Positions 38,251-47,631 of a stretch of 64,000 nt of DNA are shown in pieces. Source of the stretch: a virus; the IMG/VR virus record IMGVR_UViG_3300027857_000004, positions 8,598-72,597 of that record; one strand, given 5' to 3'. The notes beneath the pieces are model-generated. The model searched no databases. It was not told where the DNA came from and saw only the letters and a program-made list of their open reading frames with translations. Made by a program: the position numbers and the translations under genes. Numbering within the stretch: the stretch's first letter is position 1; each line of letters begins with the position of its first letter.

Positions 38251-38895
38251 CTATGACAGAGTGGCAGACTGGACACAACTCGTTTCTGTGTATTTGCGAG
38301 AAGCCGCGAGAGACTCCTGGTTGTAGCGGTCAAGAAAGCGCTTCAGCTCGAAGTCCTGTGCCGCGACTAGCAACTCAAGCGCTGCAATTCGTTTCTCTAG
38401 CTTCTCAACTTCTTTGAGCACCAGGACATTTCTTGGGCGCCTTTCAGTCACCTCACCGGGCTTGTGCGGCGTCTCACTCAACAGCCCTTGTGATTGAAGA
38501 GATTGCTGGATTTGGAGCAACACAGCGACAATCGCGGATTCGCTACTCAGGTCCGCTAGTGCGCGTTCTTTCGACAGGCACAAGCGAGGTTCCTCCATAT
38601 AGCCGCGCTGACGAAAAGGCCAAAAGTAGACCACCAGCATGCCGGACAGCCGAATCGCCGAAGCGATATCGGACGACCTGAATTTGCCAAACAGTCGCTG
38701 TTTACCGGCGAGATAAAGCGAGGGCCGGTAGTAAGGTGAGAGAAAAGACAAATTGCGGAGAGGCTCGGTCCCCAGCTGGACGCGTCGACACTTCGCCACC
38801 TCTTCGGGTGTCAGTTCGGTTGTGAATTTAATCGTGGCAAGAACGTTGCAAAGTGCCCACGTTTTCTGCTCCGGCGTGATTGCTAATGTATTCAT
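38251..38895 (-). CDS. Hypothetical protein, first gene of the leftward arm
   Basis: Phage promoter TAGCG-N17-CGACTGTT at 38931-38902 directly upstream. Confidence 0.65.
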   Translation of the reverse strand: MNTLAITPEQKTWALCNVLATIKFTTELTPEEVAKCRRVQLGTEPLRNLSFLSPYYRPSLYLAGKQRLFGKFRSSDIASAIRLSGMLVVYFWPFRQRGYMEEPRLCLSKERALADLSSESAIVAVLLQIQQSLQSQGLLSETPHKPGEVTERRPRNVLVLKEVEKLEKRIAALELLVAAQDFELKRFLDRYNQESLAASRKYTETSCVQSATLS

Positions 38896-38945
38896 ACACG
38901 TAACAGTCGTTTAAAAACAGACGAGCCGCTACAACTATTTTTAGC

Positions 38946-39134
38946 CAGCACGCCAGCACACCGGATGAGTATGGGTAGAGCTTACCCTTCCTATTAGGTA
39001 ATTATAGGACAGTTAATTCACTATTTATATACTATATTTAATATAATCACACGCGTTAATATAATAAATGTCCTAGAATAAGTTAATAGGAAGGGTAAGC
39101 TCTACCCATACTCATCCGGTGTGCTGGCGTGCTG
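38946..39134. repeat. Perfect 51-bp inverted repeat around an 87-bp AT-rich core (candidate replication origin)
   Basis: 38946-38996 is the exact reverse complement of 39084-39134. Confidence 0.95.
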
Positions 39135-39205
39135 AGTAATAAGCTACCGGCGTGCGCCTGTTTTTCGTAATAGCGCTGCGCCCTCCGGCGACCGACTGTT
39201 AATCA

Positions 39206-39379
39206 GTGAGCAAGAAAAAGCATCGTCCGCGGAAGAATCCGGACCCACTTTTCGACAACCAGCCGCAGTCGCTCCAGACCCTGAACAAAGTCGCGAAGCG
39301 CGGCATTCGGCTGCAAGAGCGTGCCCAGTGGTGGGCGCAAGCCCCAAATAATCCCGACTCGCCTACTTACACCGGATGA
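39206..39379 (+). CDS. Small basic protein (57 aa, MSKKKHRPRK...)
   Basis: GTG just after phage promoter 39171-39200; stop overlaps the next ATG. Confidence 0.55.
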   Translation: MSKKKHRPRKNPDPLFDNQPQSLQTLNKVAKRGIRLQERAQWWAQAPNNPDSPTYTG

Positions 39380-39906
39380 GTGCAACGACTTTTATTTACG
39401 CCCTTAAAGAAGGTGGAATCGTTCGCTACATAGGCAAAGCCGATAACCCCGCGAAACGATTCAAGCAGCATCTTCGGAATGCGGCCAAAGGTCGAACATA
39501 CAAGGACCGCTGGATTCAATCGATGCTGACTCGCAATGAGCCCGTTGTGCTCGATGTTTTGATGCGGATTCCGGTAGCAGAGTGGGACTGGTGGGAACGC
39601 GCTTACATTTCTATTTTCGGGTTAGTGTTTCCTTTAACTAATTCGACCGAGGGAGGCGATGGAGTTTCGGGAAAAGTTGTCTCGGATTCTAATAGAACGC
39701 GAACATGGTCAACGAAAAGCCGGAATAAAATAAGCATTGGAAATAGAGGTAAAAAACGTTCGCCCGAAGCACGCGTACGGTATCGAGCTATAAAGAAATC
39801 ACCTGCGCAACTAGCTGCGCTCGCTCTCGGTTCCGCGGCAAATCGAGGAAGGCAAAAGCTCCCTGATGGAAGCTGGGTCTACCCTAAAGATTTTCTTGGC
39901 CTATGA
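39376..39906 (+). CDS. GIY-YIG homing endonuclease
   Basis: FIYALK..RYIGKA...RFKQH; LTNSTEGGDG. Confidence 0.88.
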   Translation: MSATTFIYALKEGGIVRYIGKADNPAKRFKQHLRNAAKGRTYKDRWIQSMLTRNEPVVLDVLMRIPVAEWDWWERAYISIFGLVFPLTNSTEGGDGVSGKVVSDSNRTRTWSTKSRNKISIGNRGKKRSPEARVRYRAIKKSPAQLAALALGSAANRGRQKLPDGSWVYPKDFLGL

Positions 39907-40550
39907 AAGAAAAGAAAACACGCTCAGAAAAAGTCATCGAGGCAGCGATGAAGAATCCAGTTTTTCAAGAAATGGATAAGAGCATCGCTGAAGTTGACGC
40001 GACAGAAACACTGCCACCGGCTGATGTAGACCAGACGTTTGAACTGTTCTGCATTTTCATGGGCGACGTCGAGCGAACAGCATTGTCTGCTGGGCTGCCC
40101 CGTGAAAAGATTGTCGAATATTCAACACAATTTGGGTGGACCGAAAAGATAAAAGTTCTCGTGGACATGCGGCTTTCTTCTAAGCCGGGCGACTCGGAGA
40201 GAGGCGTGAACCGTGCAATTAATTTTTTGCAGGCCCACAGATTACGCAACGTTTTGCAAGGTGTGCTGAAGAAGTTGACTACGATGTCATCGAGCGACCT
40301 GTCTGATTTGTTGTTCGCGACCGAGGTAGACCGCAAAGGAATCGTCACGCGCAAGATTGTCACGCGATGCTTTGCTGACCTTGCTTCGGCCTTAGAGAAA
40401 ACACACTCGATGACATACCAAGCGCTAGCGGACACGGTCGGAGACCGAAAGGCCCGAGAAGATTCTGACCCAACCGAACACAAAACAACCGCGGAGCTTC
40501 ATATTGCCTTGACTAAGGCAATGGCGGAGGCTCGCACACCAACACAATGA
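39903..40550 (+). CDS. Candidate terminase small subunit (HTH protein)
   Basis: Helical HTH-like N-terminal half (TALSAGLPREKI...GW); first large late-arm gene; followed by a palindrome/GC-run region. Confidence 0.4.
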   Translation: MKEKKTRSEKVIEAAMKNPVFQEMDKSIAEVDATETLPPADVDQTFELFCIFMGDVERTALSAGLPREKIVEYSTQFGWTEKIKVLVDMRLSSKPGDSERGVNRAINFLQAHRLRNVLQGVLKKLTTMSSSDLSDLLFATEVDRKGIVTRKIVTRCFADLASALEKTHSMTYQALADTVGDRKAREDSDPTEHKTTAELHIALTKAMAEARTPTQ

Positions 40551-40828
40551 ACGTTCGAGAATTAAAGCAATTGCTGGCAAAGTTTCCTCCAGATTGTGAC
40601 GATATGCACGTTTTCTTGACTACTGCCGTGAGCGGCAAACCCGAAGTCGATTTAGTAAGCGGAACGGGATATTTTAGGTGGGTCGGTAGCAATGGCGAGG
40701 AACTAACTGTAATTGCTATCATCGGTCACCGTGAGATACAACGTCAGGTTGAGAGCGGGCGCATGGAAGCTCCCGAAGGATACCGGCCAGCTGATGGCGG
40801 CGAAGGCGAAGAATGGAAGAAGGGCTGA
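40547..40828 (+). CDS. Hypothetical protein
   Basis: MNVRELKQLLAKFPPD start common in phage ORFs. Confidence 0.6.
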   Translation: MNVRELKQLLAKFPPDCDDMHVFLTTAVSGKPEVDLVSGTGYFRWVGSNGEELTVIAIIGHREIQRQVESGRMEAPEGYRPADGGEGEEWKKG

Positions 40829-41203
40829 TGTGCAAATATTGCACCTAAGCGAAATTCGTCGCGCCGCTCGGGCGTGAGTGCAATATTTGCACACGAAATT
40901 TCGTTGTGTTGAGTATCAACAGCTTATCGAAGCTGTTGTTTTGATTCGACAAATCCCCGACGGTCCGGCGAGCTGGCGCCACGCTGCCCAGCCTTGCCCC
41001 CAGGCTGGCCCAGGCGCGCGCCGCCGGTCCGAGGTGAAGGTTGACCCTCCCTACGCTCCATTAACGTTAAAGGGGGGCGGCGTGCCGGGACGCTTCGCTT
41101 ACCGGCAGAGCTTGGTTGTAAAAAATGTTTTATCGTGCTGACTTCCAATGAGTTACGAATGAGAAGTTGTGTGCTGCCGGGATAGCTGGTATACTGTCGT
41201 CGT

Positions 41204-41896
41204 ATGGGAACAAAACATTTGGCTATAGTAGAAACGCAAGGTGTTTGTCTTCCGGAACTTACGCCGGAAGGACACGTAACATATCGGCGACGGCCCAAGG
41301 TTAGGAACTGCGGACGGAGGATTTCTCCGGACGAAGTCAAGCGGCGTTTGCTGGTCCGAGATTTGAAATGCTTGGACATTGTAATTCGAGGTATTCGTCG
41401 GAAGCTCATTAATCGGCGGGACGCCCTTGCGGCGTATCACGAGAAAGGCGACGTGAAGCGGCAGCTTGCTACTTTCGCACCTACGATGAGGCGGCTGCTC
41501 GACCGTCAGGCGAAACGACAGTCCAGTGAGTTGGCAAGGTTTACCAAAGCTGCGCAGGCAGTAACCGATAGATTCAACGGGCAGGTTAAAACCAAACTCA
41601 TCCGGAGGTTGCGCCGGTATTTTGAAAAAGCGTTCTGGACAGGCAGCAAATCGGCGCGCACGCACGAGCTACTTGGTTGCACCGTTGACGAGGCACGGCA
41701 GCATTTAGAAAAGCAATTCGCGCCCGGCATGACCTGGGCGAATCACAGTTTCAAAGGCTGGCACATCGACCACAAAATCCCGCTTGCCAGTTTTGATTTG
41801 TCGGACCCGGAGCAGCAGAAAAAGGCGTTTCACTTCTCGAATCTGCAGCTGCTTTGGGCTCGACCGAACTTGGTTAAAGGCGCCCGAATCTTGTAA
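41204..41896 (+). CDS. HNH endonuclease (LLGC...HLEKQF..GMTW..WHIDH type)
   Basis: WHIDHKIPLASFDL...FHFSNLQLLWA.PNL.KG; own promoter TTGTGT-17-TATACT at 41167-41195. Confidence 0.88.
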   Translation: MGTKHLAIVETQGVCLPELTPEGHVTYRRRPKVRNCGRRISPDEVKRRLLVRDLKCLDIVIRGIRRKLINRRDALAAYHEKGDVKRQLATFAPTMRRLLDRQAKRQSSELARFTKAAQAVTDRFNGQVKTKLIRRLRRYFEKAFWTGSKSARTHELLGCTVDEARQHLEKQFAPGMTWANHSFKGWHIDHKIPLASFDLSDPEQQKKAFHFSNLQLLWARPNLVKGARIL

Positions 41897-42026
41897 GAAA
41901 AACACACCAGTATTTCTTACATAGGGGAAATCCCCCATAGCGCTAATCCGCCGAATTAGCGATTATTCTTAGGGAGGCCAACCGCTTCAAAGTTGGCAGA
42001 TGACCGTGCTGGCTTCTTAAACCAAT

Positions 42027-43289
42027 ATGGCCACAGAAGTCGACATTCAGAGTCCGATACCCGTTCCAATCAGCGGGCACGTCGTAGTTGACACCGGTTC
42101 GATTGCAATCGGCAACTCGATAAACATCGCCAACTTTCCGATAACGTATCCCGTTACCGGCACCGTAGACATAGCTAATCTGCCCGCGATTCAGTCCGTC
42201 CTGCTCACAAATCCACTTCCGATTTTAGTCGCCACAGTCGGCGACGTGAACATTGGCAACCTCCCGGCGGTTCAGACAATCACCGGGTCGGTAACCGTGT
42301 TGAATTTTCCAGTCGTCCTACCGGTGACGATTGCGAACTTCCCGGCTATTCAAGCGGTGGAGATTTCCGGAACCGTCCCGATTAACGGGGTTGTCACCGT
42401 TTCGAATTTTCCGTCACTCCAGCCGGTCAGCGTAGTCGGCGGAGTGGATATCCTTGACAGAGTCAGCCGCTCGCTCGGGCACGTCACCGTCGACAACTTC
42501 CCGGCGGTCTCAGGCACAGTCAGCGTCAGTAATTTTCCAGCCACGCAGCCGGTGAGTGGCAGCATATCAGTTAGCAATTTTCCGGCAACACAACCGGTCA
42601 GTGGAACAGTCGCTATCAGCAACTTCCCGGCATCCCAAGCGGTCACCGGCGCGTTCTTTCAGGCGACTCAGCCGGTGTCTATAGCGGCGACGATTTCAGC
42701 AGATGTCACGGACCGAGCCGCCCGGTTGCTCGGTCACGTCACGGTTGACTCGCTGCCGTCCGTAGCGGTCAACAATTTTCCAGCGACTCAGCCGGTGAGC
42801 GGCACGGTGGCGGTTTCTAATTTTCCTGTCGTTCAAGCGGTGTCGATTCCGGTTGTGCCGTCTCGGCAGTCCGTCATGTTGTCGTGGGAACGCTCTGCCG
42901 GTGGCATAGCAGAGAGTGCGCTAGTTGCGTTTACCAACGGAACGCTGAACGCAGTGAATCTCGCTGCAGCTTCCGCATACACGGTGAGTGCGGGGAAGAC
43001 GTTACGCATAACGCAAATCAATGTTGTTGCCCGCGCAACCACTAACGTTGTTTTCAATAGCCGGGTTCGAATCAGGCAGGCAGCCGCAGTCACAAACGCT
43101 TCGCCGATTATCTGGACAGCCGAAATCGGTGCCTCAGTGAGTGCGGTAGTGGCGGAAGCGGAATTTTTCGAAAGCTATTCGCCCGACGGCGGAATCGAAG
43201 TGGCCGCGGGCCAGCAAATCACTTTCACCCACCTAGAATCAAGCGCCACCGGCACGGTGTCGCTTGTGATTATTGGTTATGAGTATTAG
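42027..43289 (+). CDS. Repeat-rich virion surface/fibre protein
   Basis: Many VSNFPATQPVSG repeats plus a beta-rich C-terminal domain; phage promoter variant at 41938-41967. Confidence 0.65.
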   Translation: MATEVDIQSPIPVPISGHVVVDTGSIAIGNSINIANFPITYPVTGTVDIANLPAIQSVLLTNPLPILVATVGDVNIGNLPAVQTITGSVTVLNFPVVLPVTIANFPAIQAVEISGTVPINGVVTVSNFPSLQPVSVVGGVDILDRVSRSLGHVTVDNFPAVSGTVSVSNFPATQPVSGSISVSNFPATQPVSGTVAISNFPASQAVTGAFFQATQPVSIAATISADVTDRAARLLGHVTVDSLPSVAVNNFPATQPVSGTVAVSNFPVVQAVSIPVVPSRQSVMLSWERSAGGIAESALVAFTNGTLNAVNLAAASAYTVSAGKTLRITQINVVARATTNVVFNSRVRIRQAAAVTNASPIIWTAEIGASVSAVVAEAEFFESYSPDGGIEVAAGQQITFTHLESSATGTVSLVIIGYEY

Positions 43290-43325
43290 TGGCGAAGGCT
43301 ACAAAATAGCGCGACTGTTATCGGT

Positions 43326-44102
43326 ATGCCTGACCATGACAGACCTTTTAATCCGCCGGTGTTCCTTGGCGGCAGCACGCAGCCCCGGCAGCAGCAATTT
43401 GTTTTCGTCTCTAACGCGTTAAAGCTGGACCCGAACGGTCCGCCGGTGAAGCTTGACCCGAATACGCCGGTCAAGCTCGACCCGAATTCGTCTGTCGCGG
43501 TTCGCGGTCCGATTAGCCTCGACCCGAACGGTCCGCCGGTAAAGCTCGACCCGAGCACATCGGTGACGCTTCACGGCAATCCGAAGGTAGCGCTCGCTCG
43601 GGGTAATGAGTCTGCTTCGGTTGACTTCAACGGAATCGCGCAGCCGGTCACTTTTTCGAATCCGGCACGGTCGTATCTATCGCTCGTGTGGGAACGTCTT
43701 CCTGGGGCTATCACCGAAAGCGTGTTAGTGAACTGGACAAGCGGCACGTTCCAAGGCAACAAAATCAATCCGGTGGCGAGTAGCTACAAAGTGACAAACG
43801 GCAAAACGCTTCGCATAACCCAGCTCGGGATTGCGGTCATCGCCACGGCTGCCACTGTTTTCAATTCGCGATTCCGGTTGAGAATGAACGGACCCCAGCC
43901 GGTGACAAACAGCTCGCCGATTTTCTGGCAGGGTGAATTGGGAATCAACACTCCGACCGCAGCGGTCGGTCAGGAAAATTCAGACAGTATTTTTCTTTTC
44001 GATGGATTCGAAATCCCCGGTGGAACGAGTATCACGTTCACGCATATCGAATCCGTCGCCACCGGTCTGGTGTCTCTTTCTTTAGTCGGATATGAGCAGT
44101 GA
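43326..44102 (+). CDS. Paralogous surface protein with LDPN repeats
   Basis: C-terminus shared with the 42027 gene (WER, GKTLRITQ, FNSR, ITFTH.ES.ATG.VSL..GYE); promoter at 43290-43319. Confidence 0.65.
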   Translation: MPDHDRPFNPPVFLGGSTQPRQQQFVFVSNALKLDPNGPPVKLDPNTPVKLDPNSSVAVRGPISLDPNGPPVKLDPSTSVTLHGNPKVALARGNESASVDFNGIAQPVTFSNPARSYLSLVWERLPGAITESVLVNWTSGTFQGNKINPVASSYKVTNGKTLRITQLGIAVIATAATVFNSRFRLRMNGPQPVTNSSPIFWQGELGINTPTAAVGQENSDSIFLFDGFEIPGGTSITFTHIESVATGLVSLSLVGYEQ

Positions 44103-44649
44103 CTCGTTAGCCTTTATTTATATTTTAAAAGACCCGGATACCGGAGAACCGAGATACGTTGGCAAAGCCAAGAATCCAAAGGTTCGGTTTTCGGAGCACG
44201 TATGTCCTTATTTTTTGAGACGCAACACGCATAAAAACAACTGGATAAAGGCGTTGTTAGGCGTAGGAACGCTGCCCGTCCTAGAAGTGGTAGCGGAGGT
44301 CCCGAAAAACGAATGGAGTTTTTGGGAATGCCGTTACATAGAGTTTTTTAAAGAAGTTGGTGCCCGGCTAACAAACGCCACACGGGGAGGGGAAGGATTC
44401 ACCGGAAGGCATTCGCAGGCAACTCGTGAAAAAATAGGCAATGCGAATCGTGGGCAAAAGAGGTCTTTAGAGACGTGCGAAAAGATACGACTTATTAAAA
44501 TAGGGCACTCGGTCTCTTCCGCAACGAGAGAAAAGTTGCGGGCCGCAAACCTAGGAAAATTTCCCTCCGCCGAGACGACCGCTAAACGCAGAGTAGCTTT
44601 GCTTGCAAGATGGAAGCGAGTCAAAGAAGCGGGCGCGCGACACTTATAA
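44092..44649 (+). CDS. GIY-YIG homing endonuclease
   Basis: FIYILKDP..RYVGKA; LTNATRGGEG; NUMOD-like repeats. Confidence 0.9.
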   Translation: MSSDSLAFIYILKDPDTGEPRYVGKAKNPKVRFSEHVCPYFLRRNTHKNNWIKALLGVGTLPVLEVVAEVPKNEWSFWECRYIEFFKEVGARLTNATRGGEGFTGRHSQATREKIGNANRGQKRSLETCEKIRLIKIGHSVSSATREKLRAANLGKFPSAETTAKRRVALLARWKRVKEAGARHL

Positions 44650-44692
44650 AAAAGAGTTGTGTGCTTTGGTTCGCCCTGCTACGCTTTCCCCA

Positions 44693-44869
44693 GTGCGTAG
44701 ACAAATCACGATTGTTTGGGACGATGATTGCGAGTTCGATAGCGCCGACCACTATCGTTTCCAGGCCGAATTCTTTCGGATTCTGCAGTTGCTCGCACAG
44801 AAGTTTTTGAAGCAGGAAGAAGAAAAAAATGGCTACCGAACGCGAATCAAAATCACCCAGGACAGCTAA
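44693..44869 (+). CDS. Small leaderless hypothetical protein
   Basis: GTG 7 nt after TTGTGT-17-TACGCT (44657-44685). Confidence 0.5.
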   Translation: MRRQITIVWDDDCEFDSADHYRFQAEFFRILQLLAQKFLKQEEEKNGYRTRIKITQDS

Positions 44870-45206
44870 TGTCCATGACCGGCACGGCGGTTGGATAGGC
44901 GTTGACCTGGATGGCACGCTTGCCCAGTATGACCATTGGCGCGGTATTGACCATATCGGGACGCCAATTCCGAAAATGCACAGTCGCGTTATGCAGTGGC
45001 TGGATGAAGGCAAAGACGTTCGCATATTCACTGCACGGGTGGCGAATGGGCCAGAAGCGATTGGATATATTGAGGCGTGGTGCCAGTATTGGCTCGGTAG
45101 AAGATTGCCGGTCACAAATGTGAAGGACATGAAAATGTATGAGCTATGGGACGACCGCGCAGTTCAGGTGATTAAGAACGCCGGAGTTCGTGTAGACGGT
45201 AAATGA
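44829..45206 (+). CDS. HAD-superfamily phosphatase (PNK phosphatase-like)
   Basis: WIGVDLDGTLA, IFTAR, K, WDDRA. Confidence 0.85.
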   Translation: MATERESKSPRTANVHDRHGGWIGVDLDGTLAQYDHWRGIDHIGTPIPKMHSRVMQWLDEGKDVRIFTARVANGPEAIGYIEAWCQYWLGRRLPVTNVKDMKMYELWDDRAVQVIKNAGVRVDGK

Positions 45207-45269
45207 ATTTTCACAACCAAAGCGAAACAAAACAATCAGTTGGCTAAATCCTCCTCCGTTTAAACACCT

Positions 45270-45662
45270 ATGTGGTTTAAAAAGTTCTACGCCCTACTTG
45301 CAGTTTTCATGTTGACTTGCAGTGTTCATGCAGGTCCGCCCAGTCCGCCTGACCAGCTCATTGACGCAATCTGCGGTGACGTTGTCACTCACCCGATTCA
45401 ATTGGTGTATTTCACCGTCACGCCCCAAACCGATGGCACCCAGTTGGCCACGTTCATTATCCGCGGCGTCGGCAAATGGTCTCTGTATGAGGTTTGCCCC
45501 GATGCGACCCAACGTGTGATGGCATCCGGCATCGACGATGTCGACGGTGACTATTTGCACCTCGTCATCCTTCCGAATGACGGAATGTATGTCCGCTGCG
45601 GTTTGGAACTTTTCAACATGCACGGGTATCCAGGGCTTTTCAATCCCGGCCAGCTTCCCTAA
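45270..45662 (+). CDS. Secreted protein with signal peptide
   Basis: MWFKKFYALLAVFMLTCSVHA. Confidence 0.65.
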   Translation: MWFKKFYALLAVFMLTCSVHAGPPSPPDQLIDAICGDVVTHPIQLVYFTVTPQTDGTQLATFIIRGVGKWSLYEVCPDATQRVMASGIDDVDGDYLHLVILPNDGMYVRCGLELFNMHGYPGLFNPGQLP

Positions 45663-45736
45663 TCTCAACCAGCTCCTAGGGGCCGCCCTCTGCCGTTTAC
45701 CCTTTTTCGGCAGAGGGTGCCGCCCGATAAAATAAA

Positions 45737-46003
45737 ATGCCATACATCCCGCAAGAAGAACGAAACTATTTAGACCCCGCAATCACCGAGCTGGTTATCA
45801 AGTTGCGGTGCACCGGATGCGGCCCAGGGCAAATGAACTATGTGATTTCCAGAATTTGCAATGAGCTTTTTGATAGCAACCCCAGCTACGCGAGGATAAA
45901 CGGAATCGTCGGTGTGTTGGAGTGCGCCAAAGCAGAATTCTACCGGCGCAAAGCGGTTCCGTATGAGGAGAACAAAATAAAAGAGAACGGAGACTTGCCC
46001 TGA
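45737..46003 (+). CDS. Conserved phage protein (DUF6899-like)
   Basis: MPYI...R..LD...G.MNY.I...GVLECAK.EFYRR...PYE..KI.ENGD. Confidence 0.75.
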   Translation: MPYIPQEERNYLDPAITELVIKLRCTGCGPGQMNYVISRICNELFDSNPSYARINGIVGVLECAKAEFYRRKAVPYEENKIKENGDLP

Positions 46004-46292
46004 AGTGGAAACAGACCGACTGTAAAGAGTGACGCAGGATGACAGTTGGCAAAATTCAACGTGGTTTGCGTTGTGGCTGAAGCTGGCACGTCACGAAAAA
46101 TAAAATATATGGAACTTGCGCCTTCAATCACATCGATTGTGTTGGTCAACTTGCTTGGTCTCGTTGTTGAATTAGGATTGTTCGCCGCGAAAACCGCTAT
46201 CGTTGCGTTCGCTGCGAAGAAAGTTCTCTCGCGAGTTGCGCCTTTGAAATAAAGTCGCGACTGTTCTTGGTCAGGGAACGAGCATAACGATT

Positions 46293-47627
46293 ATGGAAAA
46301 TTTTGATACACTCAGCGCGTCCGTTTCGGGCGCAGACGGCAGCGAACAGGTTAACCTTACGTGGACGAATGTCGTCCCGGGGTTTCCGCCCATTGTGGCG
46401 TTCGGTGTTCAGAGAAAACGGTTTGGCCGCGGCGACGATGACTGGACTACTCTCGTCAGCGCTTTGACTCCGGTGGTCGTTCCGGTTCCTCCGGCGAGCG
46501 GTCCCGGGCCTGCTGGTCTTGCGCCAGCGCTTGGTTTGGCCAGCACCTTCGAGGTTCTCGCCGCCACCACTATCACCAACACCGGGCCAACCGTTGTAAA
46601 CGGTGACTTGGGCATGAGCCCCGGCTCTGCCGTGACTGGATTTCCTCCCGGGGTAATCACCGGCTCAGTTCAGATTGGCACTACTCTCGCCACGAACGCG
46701 CAGACCGATTTGACCACCGCTTACAATAACCTGACCGCGCGTGGTCCCGGCACCGTCGTCGGCACCACTGACTTGGGAGGCAGCACGCTGACCCCCGGCG
46801 TCTACTCTTCGGCATCTACCATGCTGATTTCTTCGGGCGACTTGATTCTGGACGGCCAAGGCAATCCCGGTGCGGTGTTCGTTTTCATCGTCGGTTCAGC
46901 TCTCACCGTTGTCACCCCTCGCAAGGTGGTCCTGATTAACGGCGCGCAAGCTGTGAACGTTTTCTGGGCTGTCGGCAGCTCCGCCACAATCGGAGTCAGC
47001 TCGGTTCTCCAGGGCTCAATTTTGGCGGTGACTTCCATCACGCTCAACACTGGTGCCACCGTAGTGGGCCGGTTACTGGCCCAGAATGGCGCCGTCACTC
47101 TCGATTCTAATCCGGCTACGCTTCCGGTTCTTGCTGCACCTGCTCCCGAAGGAGTAGCGATTCCGGTGCCCACGCCGTTTGCATTCACCGATTCTCCGGC
47201 AGAAGGCGACTGGACATATCGTCTGCGGGCTGTTTTGACGCAAGGCGGCACGAACAATCTCGGCACGTTCATTTACTCGAACAGTGTCAACGTGACCACC
47301 GAGGCAACCACCGGCGAGGTGACCTTGACATTGTCTGCTTCGCCTGACGGTGATTTGCCCGCTTACACTCGGGTGACTCTGAACTGGGTCATCGACGGGG
47401 ACGCTGTTGACGTGCGGCGATATGAGGTGCAGCGAACACTCGACCGCGGCGCCACCTGGAAGACCGTGCATCAGCAAGATGAGTTTTCGAGCTTGAGCTA
47501 TGCCGAGGTGCTTCCTCCGGCTCTCGGCGATGTTTTCTACCGGGTCATTGCGGACTTGCCTTCGGCCACGCCCCCGTATCAGACGGACGTGCAGAGCATT
47601 TCCAACAGTGTGACGGTTCGCACATAG
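46293..47627 (+). CDS. Ice-binding (DUF3494) domain protein with FN3-like domains
   Basis: F.VLA.TTITNTG.T..NGDLG.SPG...TGFPP; A.TDL..AYN; LTPGVY; LDGQGNP.AVFVF; NGAQA.NVFW.VGSSATIG; G.ILA..SITL.TGA...GRLLAQ.GAVTLD. Confidence 0.9.
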   Translation: MENFDTLSASVSGADGSEQVNLTWTNVVPGFPPIVAFGVQRKRFGRGDDDWTTLVSALTPVVVPVPPASGPGPAGLAPALGLASTFEVLAATTITNTGPTVVNGDLGMSPGSAVTGFPPGVITGSVQIGTTLATNAQTDLTTAYNNLTARGPGTVVGTTDLGGSTLTPGVYSSASTMLISSGDLILDGQGNPGAVFVFIVGSALTVVTPRKVVLINGAQAVNVFWAVGSSATIGVSSVLQGSILAVTSITLNTGATVVGRLLAQNGAVTLDSNPATLPVLAAPAPEGVAIPVPTPFAFTDSPAEGDWTYRLRAVLTQGGTNNLGTFIYSNSVNVTTEATTGEVTLTLSASPDGDLPAYTRVTLNWVIDGDAVDVRRYEVQRTLDRGATWKTVHQQDEFSSLSYAEVLPPALGDVFYRVIADLPSATPPYQTDVQSISNSVTVRT

Positions 47628-47631
47628 TGGC

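Noticed and set aside
42027-44102. Diversity-generating retroelement TR/VR pair
   Set aside because: No reverse transcriptase seen; the paralogues differ throughout, not specifically at adenines.
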